Source of the DNA: Girardia tigrina | Lineage: Eukaryota | Length of the DNA stretch: 60,287 bases | Assembly (NCBI GenBank): GCA_001938485.1 | Contig: MQRK01197295.1 | Location: forward strand, 8,506-68,792 | Reading direction: 5' to 3' | Part shown: in pieces, positions 1 to 12,406 of the stretch | How positions within the stretch are numbered: position 1 is the stretch's first letter | How the letters are laid out: the number at the start of each line of letters is the position of its first letter | The notes under the pieces: generated by a model | What the model was told of the DNA's origin: nothing | The model's input: only the letters and a program-made list of their open reading frames with translations | Database searches by the model: none | Translations under genes and position numbers: made by a program

Positions 1-1342
1 ATTAAATTAAATTAACAGGAAAATTTGTTTTAGAAATGTGAATTGTTATATTAATAAAATTTTGGTGTTTAAAAAAATGAATTCGGATATAGACGTTGCA
101 ACCACTTCTCACACTTCCATTAACTAATAATCATTCTGTCAATTTCTATTATTTGAATAATCATTCATTTGTTCTAAAATATTCTAAATATTTTACAATA
201 AAAATCTTTATTCAGATCATTTCTGTAAATTACTAAATTTTAAAATTAAATTAACTTGAATTAAAATTCTTTTGAAAGGTATATTTAAATTAAAATATTC
301 AATAATAAAATATCCCAAACCTTTCATTTAACGAACTCCTCATAGAAATATTAAAATATTTTATTGTCACAGTGAAAGTAAATGGGAAAATACACAAAAA
401 AACATATGAAGAAAAACTTCATCATATGTTTTGATCAATATTATATTATGCGCAGTATTAGAATGATCAACTATTAAAATATTATAAAATAAATATTATT
501 ATTGTTGAATGTTTGATATAAATTTGTATAAATCCCCAGTAAAAGACAGACAAATGCCAGTCAAACAATTTTCTATGAGTTATACTCAGATTCTTCTGAT
601 ACGACAAAGTCATGTTGAGTCTTTCAATAGGAATTTCTTCCTGTAGCATATAAACCTTCGACTAGCTGAGAGCTATGGCAAATTAGACATTGGATCTACT
701 ATGCTGTTCTGCTTTCCTAATCTGTCGTTCTCGTTAGGACTTTTTATAATAAATGTTGTAATTATAAATAAACTAAGGATTATAAATGTACTGTCTTTCA
801 ATTGATGGAGCTTAAATTAGACAATAGTAATCCGTAGGTTTAACCTATGGGTTGTAGAGGGTTGCTAGGAAAATTAATAAAATATTAATGAGGACAAGAC
901 GTATTTTACAGACATTTTCTTTATATAATTGATTACAACGAGAACAATTTCTCTACAATTATTTTTAAAATCTAAGAACAATGTAGTTATAGACGAGTGT
1001 TCGCAGTACTTCCTATCAGTTATTATGACTAAATGTTAACAACAGACTCTTAGAATTGGATATTTAATGTTAGCTTTATTAGTTAAATAGAAAAAAGTTG
1101 TATATTATGTACTAATTTCTTTTCAAGAAATAAACACTTTAGATGTCATATTTAAATTACCTCGAGAAAATTCTCTTTGACCATAGCAAATGACAAAGGT
1201 CACAGTGAAAGTCTTCTAACATTCGTAATTATGACATTTCCTTATAAGTTAAGAGTATGTTTCCAAATGTTCATAAATATGCTTCAATTGCTTTTGAAAA
1301 TGTTATATAGCTAATATTATTGATAATTTGATACTAAGAATA

Positions 1343-2545
1343 TAGGTCCAAAAAGTAAGACTAGATTTCCATTTCAATGGGATAAATCTCCCATCATAAA
1401 TATTTTATATTTAAGACGAAAGCATTGTGTCAGGCATCTGAGCCAAATTTCAAGTCCAAAAATTAATTAATATTTGCTTTACACTAGATTTTGTACGTAG
1501 CCAAAAGCCTATTGGAACAATGCTTTTTCAGAAAGAAATGATTACAAGTGGCATAAAGATGGTCATGAAAGTGTTGAAGACGAAAAACATCTAAACGACG
1601 ATCCATCTCTACCGATGAACAACACGTCAAACAAATCGCAAAATTTGAGCTTGCTAATCGTTGAATTTAGTAATGACCGCAGTTTTTACGCCGGATCTCG
1701 TCAGATCTCCGAAGTTAAGCAACCAACGGCCGCATAAGTAATTATTTGGGTGACCGATAGGGAAATCGCGGGGCCCTTGACTACAAGTCAGGTCAGGCAA
1801 ACTGTCTGCTACAGATAACATGTAAACCTGTAATACCTGTCCAATAGTCGAACAGTTGGCGACTAAACCGGCTCGCTTACCCAGAGAAACCTGGGTGAAG
1901 ACGTGTGTGGACACCTAGCAAAATGAGAAACAAGACCTACCAAAGGGCGGATGAGCTCCTTGGAGCCAATGGTCATCAATACCTGGAGAAGAAATATGCG
2001 CCACCAGGCTCCTTGACTACTGAGACACTCAAAAATATGCAAAACCAACCCATTGCTTGCGCATAAGTGAGTGCACCCCCGGCCCAAAGGCTACGGTACC
2101 AAAAAAAATCGTTGAATGGCGTTGTACATATAAAATTCCTTTCACCTGGTCAAACCATCATCAAAGACTATTATATGAGTGTTATGCATCGTTTGTTAGA
2201 AACTGTTCACAATAAGTGATCGGAATAGTTGGAAGATAAATAGTAAATTTAGCATCTCAATTATGCATCTTCTAGAGACTGCACTCATTCGCCAAAAATT
2301 CGATAAATATATCATTCTAAAACCTCTATAATCTATTAATTTAGTATCTTGTGAATTAAGGCTAGTACAGAAACTACAAATACCACTGTAAAAATATATT
2401 TTTGAAACGATAGAAGAGATATATTTCGGAAGAGTATTTTAATTCATGTTTCAAGGACTCAAAATATGTGTTTGTATAAGTTTATGATTTCGGATTACTT
2501 TGAAAGTGACAAAATTGATTTGGTAGAATAGATAAAACATTTAAA
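1343..2545 (+). mobile_element. Degenerate mariner transposon relic (irritans-like), interrupted by a SINE
   Basis: Broken transposase peptides YKWHK-DGHESVEDE, STDEQHVKQI, GVVH..FLSPGQTIIKDYYMSVMHRL and C-terminal DYFESDKIDL (GDYFEGD-like). Many stops and frameshifts; right TIR not found. Confidence 0.75.
1667..2106 (+). mobile_element. 5S rRNA-derived SINE (SINE3-type), ~440 bp, with poly(A) tail and 11-bp TSD
   Basis: 1667-1783 resembles 5S rRNA (ACGCCGGATCTCGTCAGATCTCCGAAGTTAAGCA; box A-like AGTTAAGCA; box C-like TGGGTGACCG; GGGAA). Ends GGCTACGGTACC plus an A-run. Flanked by the direct repeat AATCGTTGAAT at 1656-1666 and 2107-2117. Confidence 0.85.
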
Positions 2546-3400
2546 ATACATAAGACAAATATAATATATATTAATGACTCGTGAAAGGAATTATCGTCTT
2601 ATTATCAAAGAAATTATAATCAAATAAAAATCGAATTGTGCCATTTGGCAAATTTGATGCTTGACTACTACTTGATAGAAGAACAATTTTACCGGGTGAT
2701 CAATTAGATGTTTTTTCTACTGAAATCAAACAACTGATCAAGACTGGGTCATCAATATATTTTGTGCAATGCCGCTCATTCGCAGCTTGCTAGATCAATT
2801 AAAAAGACATACAATCAAAATTGGACAATGATTTCACATTTAAAGGTGTAGTAAAACATGGCTAAAAAGATATCACTTCAGCGTTATAACCAAAAAGAAG
2901 TTGTAGGAATTCACAACAAACTTATATATGTCGGTTACAATCGACTTGGACACTCACAAAATATGATTAAGTGTAAATTTTTTAAGTGAGGCAAAATCTG
3001 GCACATTAAATCAACTTGCAAAGTATTTGGAAATGACAGTAGAGACAAGGACCTCTTTCATTTAAAGGAAATAGGACCAAATGTGCAGTTAGATGATGTA
3101 ATAGGACAACTTCTAGCAATAGTTACGTCTTTAAAACAATGTTCCGCTGAAAACTATGCCAATCATGGGAGCATGAATCATCTTAAAGATTTTCACCCTT
3201 AAAATGCAATTGATAGGTAATTGAAGGCAAGAATCTGTTCAGTGGTTTAATATATTTAAAAATTCAGTTTAAAGTTATTTACTTTATCAAAATTAATAAT
3301 TTCTTTTTAATAATTAAAACCTTGAAAAATCTTATTGTAATTTAAAATGTAAATAATGCGGGAACAATTAATCATTACGAACATCCAAATACCGAATTTA

Positions 3401-3494
3401 TATCTGTGAGGGAGAAGAACATTTCAAACACTAATCTCAACAAAGAAAATTCAACATACCGATTTCAACATACTAAATTTAACATATTCTTCAT
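3401..3494 (-). promoter_or_regulatory. Diverged copy (F) of the conserved upstream motif of the orphan ORF array
   Basis: Minus strand TGAAGAATATGTT...(GTATGTTGAA x2)...TCTCCCTCACAGATA, similar to the copies at 33371 and 39803. Confidence 0.45.
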
Positions 3495-4109
3495 ATGTGC
3501 ATAGTTGTAAGTTATCATTTTAATAATTCTTTTCTCTATCTTTCAAAATAAATGAAAAATTTTTTTGAATATTTATTATAATTAATAATAAAATTTATTT
3601 ACAAATTCGGTTTTACAAATCGAATTTTATCAAATTTATGAACTGCTCATCATTAAATTCAAAATATCAGAGACCTTGAAGACCTTTGACAACCTTTAAC
3701 ATTCGAACCTTTAACAACCCAAAAAATAAAACCGACGAAGAATAAATAAGCTGTGGTATGCGATTGTTTGTCTGACCATCTTTGTCAATGTAGAAGTTTA
3801 CGAGAATTATTATCGAATCTCCTAAGATATGATGGGTAAGCTTTAAGGAGACCAGTCACTGAAATCATAAGGATGGCGTTCACATGGCCTTCAATGAATA
3901 TTAATCAAAAGAATGTTTCAAAGTTAAATTAATTTCCATTACGAATAATCAAAATTAAAAACAACTTTTTAATAAAACAAAATTTGTGTCGTTACTTTAG
4001 TTAAATAAATATTATTATTTTCAAACAGAATCTTTTATTCGGAAAGGAAAAGTATAAAGAATAATAAAGTAGTTGTTTTTATTTGATTATCACTTCAGGA
4101 ATCAGATCA

Positions 4110-4800
4110 GAAATGAAGCATAAAATTGTTCGTTTTTAAGATGATTTTCTCTTCTTTGTAAAGCACAAATTTAATATTGCTAAAGTAGCGCTAGAAAATA
4201 GCGATACCTCGGGAGATAATTATATTTACCAGTGTCGGTTATCAGCATATCTGGGTATCAGGTTTTGTCAAAGTAGTATAATTGGTGTTTTATTTTTTAT
4301 AAATCATTCTCGTTATACCAAATGCGATTGCAGAAAACAATTTTTTGGAGAACAAAATAGTCTATATTTAAACATCTCTAAAGCCTTTTTACCTGAAAAA
4401 AACAAAATATAGGCTCAATACACGGTGACGTGAAAATCTCCGCAGAATACCTAACTGAAATGTGAGCAGTGAAATCCAAAATGCGTGCATTTCTCAGGCA
4501 TATCATAGAGGTTACGGAAACAAGTCCATCGTCATCAACCCACCATTTCACCATCTAACTAGGTCAGAGAAGACATCTTCATACCAGTGAGTTAGAGTTT
4601 GGTTAAAGAATGAACCTGCTGCTTTCATCACGTCATTTTTGTCTAGAGACCATTTCCATTTTTGATGCTTCTTCTGGTAACAGAACAGGAACAAGATTTT
4701 GGCTGAAGGGAGGATGAGAAAGTGCCACGATTTATATTCCAAGGAATACAAGGAAACTAGATATTTAATTATTTAGCTATAGAAACTAAGATCAAATCGG
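4110..4800 (+). mobile_element. Highly decayed mariner relic
   Basis: N-terminal MKHKIVRF..KFNIAKVALENSDT-like remnant and a later HH..SRD.HF remnant. No intact ORF. Confidence 0.35.
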
Positions 4801-5031
4801 AAAGCAGCATATACATAATATATGTTACTGATAATTATAAAAACAACGATTCTAGGAGTTTATCAAGCATATCAATTTGTAAATAAAAATAAAATAATCA
4901 TGTTAATTAGGATGTTTAGAAAATATCTTTGCTGTGAAATGGTGAAAACATTGTACATGAGTTAATAGAGTTTGTTTTTTATATCTTTAACAACGTAATG
5001 GTGATTGTAGAATGCCGGACAAATATATATA

Positions 5032-5111
5032 CCGTATTACTTCGATTTAACGCCGCGGCGTTTATTTCAAATGCTGATTCGAAGGTGCGGCGTTAAATCG
5101 AAGTTATACGG
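5032..5111. mobile_element. 80-bp mini-MITE with CCGTA termini (Tc2/pogo-like)
   Basis: 25-bp inverted repeats CCGTATTACTTCGATTTAACGCCGC / GCGGCGTTAAATCGAAGTTATACGG (1 mismatch); TA on the left side. Confidence 0.7.
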
Positions 5112-5174
5112 ATAAAATATTTTGATTTTATTTTTTTATTCACATATTTTGATTAAGGCTTTTTTTATATAATT

Positions 5175-5216
5175 ATTGGACATGTTTCGATGTTTACATA
5201 CATCATCATCAACAAT
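5175..5216 (-). ncRNA. Minimal hammerhead ribozyme (C3U core variant) of a PLE
   Basis: ATTG-TTGATGA-T-GATGT[ATGTAA]ACATC-GAAAC-AT-GTC-CAAT: stems I and II pair, stem III is palindromic, GUC site. Confidence 0.75.
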
Positions 5217-6880
5217 TTTCGGTTGTTTAGTAAATGAATATTGAATTGTTTGAATAATGCCATTTTTACAATTTTAATAAATATAATTTACTTTAAAGGG
5301 TGACGAAAAAAATTAAACATTATTATTTATGAAAATATTATTGGGTAATAATGTCAAAATATTTTAATTAAAAATTTTAAGTATTGAAATAACCTTACTT
5401 TGCCCATTCTGTATATTAATTGATGGGTTGTAGTGTCTTATTAGTAGAGATTCACAAAACTGTCGTTCGTAATGTGAATCAAAACCCTTTTGTAGAACAG
5501 AAAACTCATCTTTTGAAATGGATGAGGTTCTNNNNNNNNNNNNNNNNNNNNNNNNNNNNNNNNNNNNNNNNNNNNNNNNNNTAGAACAGAAAACTCATCT
5601 TTTGAAATGGATGAGGTTCTATCCTTACAACATAACCAATGATCAAGAACCTTACTCGATCGACTCATTTGCGAGTGCTCGCTAATCCGGGTTTTGAGAG
5701 TTTAAATTTGAGTTTAAATTTATATACCAGATTAGCTTTCAAATCACAAACTGTTTTCGATTTGTTTGAAAGGAAACTTTGAACTTTGGATGTGACAGAG
5801 ACTACTTTATTCACTTTTAGTTCTACAAATACTCTTCTTAAACGCTCTAAATCCTTCAGAATATGGAATTTTAATGATTTGTTTGTATTCTTCAGTATTT
5901 TCTTATTTTAATTGTTTTTTAACTCGTGCATCTGTACATAATTTGTCTAATGTTACTCTAATGTTGTGTTCTATTTGCTTGTTTGTATACATATTGTCCC
6001 TCAAGCGCCTTCTAAGAATATTTAAACCCTGATTTGTAATTTCAAAACTGGACGACAAATTCCAAACTCTGTGAACAAGCCCTTTGATCATATCCTCTCT
6101 GTATTTTTCCTCACAAAAACTCTGTGGTGTTGTGTAAAGACCTGTATCTGTTGCCTTTCTGAATAATTCAGTTTTATAGCGTCCATTCATCCTAGTGACA
6201 AGAATGTCCAGAAAAGGAAGTTTATTATCTACTTCCAATTCTGTGGTAAATTTAATATTCGAATGAAGACCATTCATGAATGTTAGGAATGGTTCTATGA
6301 GGGATTGATTTCTGAAAACCAAAAAGACATCATCCACATATCTCTTGTACAACACAGGTTTTTCACCAGGGTATGCATTCATTTTATCCTCAAGCGACTT
6401 CATAAATATTGATGCCAAAGTTGGTGCTAATGGGTAACCCATTGCGACACCGTCTTCCTGAATGTACCATTCATCATTTAAAAAAGGTACATTTTTGGCA
6501 CAAAATTTTAGAATTTCTTTCAGTGCCTGCTTGTTCAAATATTTTATTCACAGAGCTAGAGTTTTCATCCCACATCTTTTCACACAAATCAATGGTTTCA
6601 TCGATAGGTACGTTTGTGAATAAACTGGAGACATCAAATGAGACCATACACTCAGAATCACATTTCGGCACCTGATTCAAAATGAAATCTTTGAAATCAA
6701 AGCTATCTCTAATCTCAAAATCATTTGAAATTAAAGGAATCAATAGTGAATCAAGAACCTTCGCGACTCTGTACTGAACCGTGTCAATCATTGATAAAAC
6801 AGGGCGGAGTGGATGACCAGCTTTATGTATTTTTAGTTAGACCATACATTTTAGCTGGTTGTGAACCCTGGCATGTCAAC
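5175..6880 (-). mobile_element. Penelope-like retroelement, 5'-truncated, frameshifted RT plus GIY-YIG remnant
   Basis: GSQPAKMYGL/KIHKAGHPLRPVLS, SFDVSSLFTNVP, QEDGVAMGYPLAP, RYVDDVF, LPFLDI, FRKATDTGLY (ORFs 6474-6791 and 5903-6538). Endonuclease remnant NLVYKF...LKTRISEH. 3' hammerhead motif. Confidence 0.93.
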
Positions 6881-6959
6881 AATTTTGCACGTAAAACACA
6901 TAGGTGTCGACTAAAACATTTTCAAAATATTGTAAAAGATGGCAAAACAAAAAAACAAT

Positions 6960-7190
6960 TGTTGGAATGGAGCGAAGGAATGAAAACCTCGACATATCAT
7001 TTAAAAGTTGATGTAATTAAATAGGCGCATACACAAATGATCAAGGAAATTGTGGTGGTTACAGAATTTGGAAGCCGAAGAAAGATTAAATGAAGTTGAA
7101 GAAATAATTAATCTAAACCCATGAATCAGTTTAAGGAATATCAACAAGAAAATTCTTGAAACTAAGCACGGCTTCCGCAAATAAGTCATT
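6960..7190 (+). mobile_element. Possible Tc1-like transposase HTH relic
   Basis: EERLNEVEEIINLNP*ISLRNI resembles the second HTH of Tc1-like transposases; very decayed. Confidence 0.25.
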
Positions 7191-7264
7191 CCAAACTATA
7201 AATTAAACTTTAATTTTTAAATAAATTTTTTTTGATAATAAAATAAATAATAAATAAAATTTTA

Positions 7265-7830
7265 TATTTAAAAATTCCATATTCCGAAGGTGCTAGGGAT
7301 TTTAAACGAATTTTAGAAAAACAGACCCCAGCAAGTGTTACAATTAAAGTTTTGTTTCTAACTAATAAAATTTCTAATTACTTCTCAAATAAATCTAAAA
7401 CACAATTGGGTATGAAAGCAAATTTAGTTTACCAATATAAATGTCACAAGTGTGAATCCTTGTACATTGGAGAGACAAATCGTCATCTCCGTACTAGAAT
7501 TGCAAAACATACCCAATCAAGTAGAAAAAGTTCAATTTTGGACCACATAGTGAAATGTCATGGAACTCAGAGGGTATTTGATAATGATTTTCGGGTTTTG
7601 ATTAGTAACTTTGATCACAATTATGAAAGGACAATTACTGAAGCACTCTTGATAAAGTTTTGTAAACCTAGTCTAAATGTGGAAAGTGATTCGTCCAATC
7701 ATATTAGAGTATTTTGACGTAACATACTGTGACGTAATGGTCATCTTTCTATATAAACAATAACTTTCTAATTAAATACAGAACTGAAGATGCCACAAAA
7801 GTGGTGAAACATGTTTTCCAATAAAAATTT
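7265..7830 (+). mobile_element. Penelope-like element 3' fragment: GIY-YIG endonuclease plus pLTR
   Basis: KIPYSEG...ANLVYQYKCHKCESLYIGETNRHLRTRIAKH...EALLIKFCKPSLN (ORF 7352-7717), then TGACGTAA x2, TATATAAA (~7750), a hammerhead and AATAAA. Confidence 0.93.
7781..7818 (+). ncRNA. Minimal hammerhead ribozyme of a PLE
   Basis: GAA-CTGAAGA-T-GCCAC[AAAA]GTGGT-GAAAC-AT-GTT-TTC: intact core, stems I and II, palindromic stem III ACATGT, GUU site. Confidence 0.88.
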
Positions 7831-10800
7831 AAAATTAAAATGGTGTTATTTTTGTTTAATGACCATTTGATTTAAAGAAATTAAATTTATTTTAATATTG
7901 TTACTGAATATTTTAAAAGTAAAATAATTAGTTTTAAGATAAAATTTTGCTAAAAGTTTTAGTTTTAATGTAAAAAATGTTTTATTAATTTAAAGTTTTA
8001 AAATTTATTAAATTTTAACAAAATTCAATCAGAAGAAAATTTAATAGATTAATTTTTGGCGAAATAATTGAATTAACAAGGAATTTGTTTAAGTATGTGA
8101 ATTATTGTCATTAATAAAATATTTGGTATTGAATATTGAATTATGAGTATTGAATCTGATAATAATGAAAGTGGCATAAACGCTACTTCCATATCCTTGA
8201 AAAAACAATTACCAAAATCTTAATTTCAAATTTCAAACATCCGTCAGTTTTAAAAATCTCAAAAAAAATTTCAAATTTATTTTTAACTGTAAATTAAACA
8301 ATTTCTTCTTTTTTATTTACAAAAAAAAGAAATAAAGAAAGCAATCAAATTGTTATTATATTTTTTTTTGAAATTTAACTCTCGAAAATCTCATTTTAAG
8401 GTATTACATGCTCGGATTGTTCTGCTAATTTGACTGTGAAAGAGAGTGTAGGAAAACGTGAAAAACATGTCTAAAATGATATTTTTCATTATCAATCAGT
8501 GCTGCTTGTTTCATTACAAATGATATCTTTGAATTTCTAGTTTTAAAATATTTCATTCGCATTTTTTATTACTTGATAAGTTTATAATTTAGACTTAAAA
8601 CTTCGAAGAAAAGTCATTTAAAATGTATTGCGTTGCTGTTTGGTCAACAACCATCTTTTTTCATAAAAACTAGATTTGTTCAACTAAATCGTTTTAATTC
8701 AAGAATTTTTGTGGAATTTTAATTATGACAAATAAATTTTGATTTCACATTGTTTGACGAGTTTTGATTTACTACTTCGAGACAGTCAACGAAATTATCA
8801 TGTTAACAACAAGATGTGATCACAATGATATTGGTGGTACGTTCGTTGTAATTTTCAACAGTCAAGTGGAAATTAAGACCGATTCGAGTGGCTTATCGAA
8901 TAGCACTCAAGTGGCCAAAAAACCCTATAAATACAAATGTTCGCACATGGACCATAAACTTGGGTCTGAAAATGTTAATTCTAATGTCGTATCAGTGGGT
9001 CGGCAATCCCTTTCAGGGATCCACAAATATTAGGTAGGAGGACACCAAAAAATCCTCCGTAATAATATGAAACCAAGAATACTTTTGCATTCTTTTATTT
9101 GAAATCATTTAAGGAAACCTTCGGTATTGTTGTAATATTTTTTTTAGTACAACAACTTTGGTAGCTTATTTATTTGGACAGATAATTTAACCTTTGGTCT
9201 CAAAGCTAAGGCAAAGCAAGACTGTGAATAATGATATTAGAAAAGACGCGGTTATAAAGAATTTTAAAGTATTGTTTGTGTTAAGAGTACCGACACAATC
9301 ACTATGCAAACATTTATTAATATCACGTACGAGTCATCACAACTGTCGGAAATTCTTTCATCATTTGTCATCATTCTAATTAGTGTTGCTTCTGAATTTT
9401 TAAGAATGATAATTCGAACAAATTATTGTTTTAACTATAAATATTTCATAAAATTAAAAAGAAATTTACAAATTTAAAAATTTCTCAAACGCCTAAAATG
9501 TTTTTAATTAAAACATAAAACATGTTTATTTAAATTTTTAAAAAATATTATTTATATTAGACATTACACTATATTATTACTTTTTAAATTTGAATTTTAT
9601 ATGGTTATAAAATTTTCATTTATTTTAAAAATTTAAATGCTGTTCGAATGATCAGTTATCGCCAATAAAGCACCGATTTTTACTTTAGGTGGAAATTGAC
9701 AATTCAATTTCAGCACACTACATCCATACACAATTTAAAATATTCTTCACAGTTTGCACTAAAAAGAACAACATTAAACAGGTTCATCCAACGCCGTTGT
9801 CAAGATTGTTTGATGATTATCAATACAATTATAAAATTATTGTTATTGATATGGGACGAAAACATTTCCAATCTCTGTTTCTTGCAAATCATAGTTCATA
9901 AAGTATTTCAATATTTCTGTATGTTTACGCTGCCATTCCTCTTAACAAAAACTTCTAATTTTTTTATTGATTTCTTAGTACAATTTTTCTAATAACTTTC
10001 CCAATTATTTTTCTGAGCGCTGATTTTAATTTTATTGTTTTGTCCTTTTGAAAATTTAATAAATATTTATTTATTTTATAAAAATAATAAAAATATTTTT
10101 TTCAACAATTTTCTGTTCTTTTCGTAAAATAAAAAAAGCATTTTTATTGAAAATATTTTCAATTTGATTTTTTATGAAAAATACATTATAATTTAAGATT
10201 AAAAAAAATTTTTTTGGAGGTTTAAAAAAATAATTCCCAAATTCATAAAAATAGATTAAAATTACAGCCCGTTTGAAAGAGTAATTTAATACCGTCCGGT
10301 TTCGGAGAGAATTATTTTAGAATGATTTTATTTTTATTTATTTTTCTGAAATTATTTTTAAAATATTTATGTTCTAAAGAGTGGAATAAAAATATATAAT
10401 CATTCTATATTGTAAATTATAAGTATGAGAAGTGGTTGTAACATCAATATCAGAATTCATTTTTTAACACCAAAATTTATTAATATAACAACAATTCACA
10501 TATTTAAACAAATTTTTCTGGTAATTTAATTATCTCACCACAAATTAATCTATTAAATTTTTTCGATTCAATTTTTAAAATCTTGCAAATTTATTAAATA
10601 ATTTTTACATTATAACTAAAAATTTATTTAAAATCTTACAAAATTATTAAATAATTTTCATATTATAACTAAAAATATATTTTAAAATTTATATAAAATT
10701 GTTTTATAACTTCTATTAAAATATATAAATTGTTATGACTGTAAAAATATTTTTATTTATAAATAAATAATTAATATTTAATGGTTTTCTTATCATTTTT

Positions 10801-11194
10801 AATTTGAAGATATTTAATAAATACATTAAAAAGATATTTTTTATTTTTAAATAGATATTTAATTTTTTATGATTTTCTTTTATTATATCATTTTTAATTT
10901 TAAAATATTTAATAATCATATTAACATTAAAATATTTTACCTTTTAAATGAAAAAAATAAAAAATTATTCTGGCGAGTTGCAAATTTAAATTAACCCTCA
11001 TAATAAGCAAAATGGGAATATTCAATAAAGTTTTATAATTCTAATTTTCATCTATTTTTAAGTGGAATAAAATGAATCGGTAGACGTCAAAAACTGTAAA
11101 ATGCCTTCTGGTGATGAAATTCTGTCTGCAAACATAAAATATGAATTTAATAGGAGTCAAAAGTTGACCCTGTTCTCGACCTGGAAATTATATA

Positions 11195-12389
11195 CAGGGG
11201 TGACCATAAGTCGCTTTACCCAGTTTTAATAATAATAAACACAAAATTCTAAATGATACAACTTTTATTTAATCAGCGTACAATAATAATTTCAAAACAA
11301 AAACTTAAAAACAATTAAATCTTATCTTCAAAGTGTTGTCCTTCAGATTTAATACACAACTAGATTCTTCTCTGAACAGTGTGAGAGATTCGTCGGTACA
11401 AGTCTTTATCGTTGTTCAAGGCTGCAAATTCTGTAGTAATTTTTTCCTTCAACTCGGATACGGTTAGAACATTTTGTGAGTAAACGCGTTCCTTCAGGAT
11501 ACCCCACCTTGAATAATCACAAGGTGTCAGGTCAGGTGATCGTGGAGGCCATTCAGTGGTTCTTCTCCTGCCGATCCACATCTCAAAAGTGTTATCCAAA
11601 AAGTCGCGTACATTTCTACCATAATGAGGGGGAGCACCGTCTTGCATCCAAACGTCTTTATCTGTGTCAAGCTGAGGTACGGCAAAATCACGCAGCATGT
11701 CGAGATATAGCTGAGAATGGACCGTTCCATCAAAGAAGTATGGACCCAGCACACCAGTTGAACGTATTCATCCCCACACACAAATTCCTGGAGAAAGATT
11801 GTTGGTCTCCCATACCAGATGAGGATTCTCAGTGGAGTAGTACACGGCATTATGCAAATTAACGTGACCATTCAACTTAAATGAAGCTTCGTCAGGCCAA
11901 ATTATTCTGTCCCTGATGTCAATGTTCTCATGGAGTTGTTGCTGTAATCATTCGCAAAATTCTATGCGCCTGTCATAATCGTCATCATTCATTTGATGGA
12001 GCAAACGAGGTCGCCTAACTTTCAACTCCATGTCCTTCAATATTCTACGTAAACTTGTGCGTGGTATATGCAACTGTAAACTTGCACGAACTGCAGATGT
12101 TGATGGCGCATTCTGATAGAAAGTTCTAACATTTTCTTTATTTTCATCGGTATTCATATTGTTAGGGCGCCCACTTCTTTTCTTGTCGGTTACAGAGCCG
12201 ATCTCGTGAAACTTTTGTGGTGCCATGCCAATTTTACAAACAACAATGAACAAAATGAAATAATTTAAAAATTTTTTAAATAAATAATTATTAAAACAAA
12301 CAATTTTATCTGGATTTTGTTTATAAATCATTTAGAATTTTGTGTTTATTATTATTAAAACTGGGTAAAGCGACTTATGACAACCCCTG
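11195..12389 (-). mobile_element. Full-length Tc1/mariner-superfamily element (DD40D, rosa/DD41D-like) with disrupted transposase
   Basis: ~63-bp TIRs CAGGGGT(GAC/TGT)CATAAGTCGCTTTACCCAG..., TA on both sides. KKRSGRP, WPDEASFKLNGHVN, QDGAPPH...WPPRSPDLTPCDY with 40 residues between the 2nd and 3rd Asp. In-frame stops. Confidence 0.92.
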
Positions 12390-12406
12390 TATATCATATA
12401 ATTATA

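Noticed and set aside
1667-1783. Functional 5S rRNA gene
   Set aside because: Diverged, has no oligo-T terminator after it, and is embedded in a TSD-flanked poly(A) unit.
5492-5621. 40-bp direct repeat on both sides of a 50-N gap
   Set aside because: Typical unmerged contig overlap; an assembly artefact.
6409-7189. ORFs 6409-6675, 6725-7024, 7001-7189 and similar ones over TEs (11476-11862, 27360-27811)
   Set aside because: Antisense or off-frame shadows of TE or Hsp90 coding sequence.
10716-10919. I/K/N/F-rich short ORFs in AT-rich DNA (also 32443, 37918, 53138)
   Set aside because: Composition-driven spurious ORFs.
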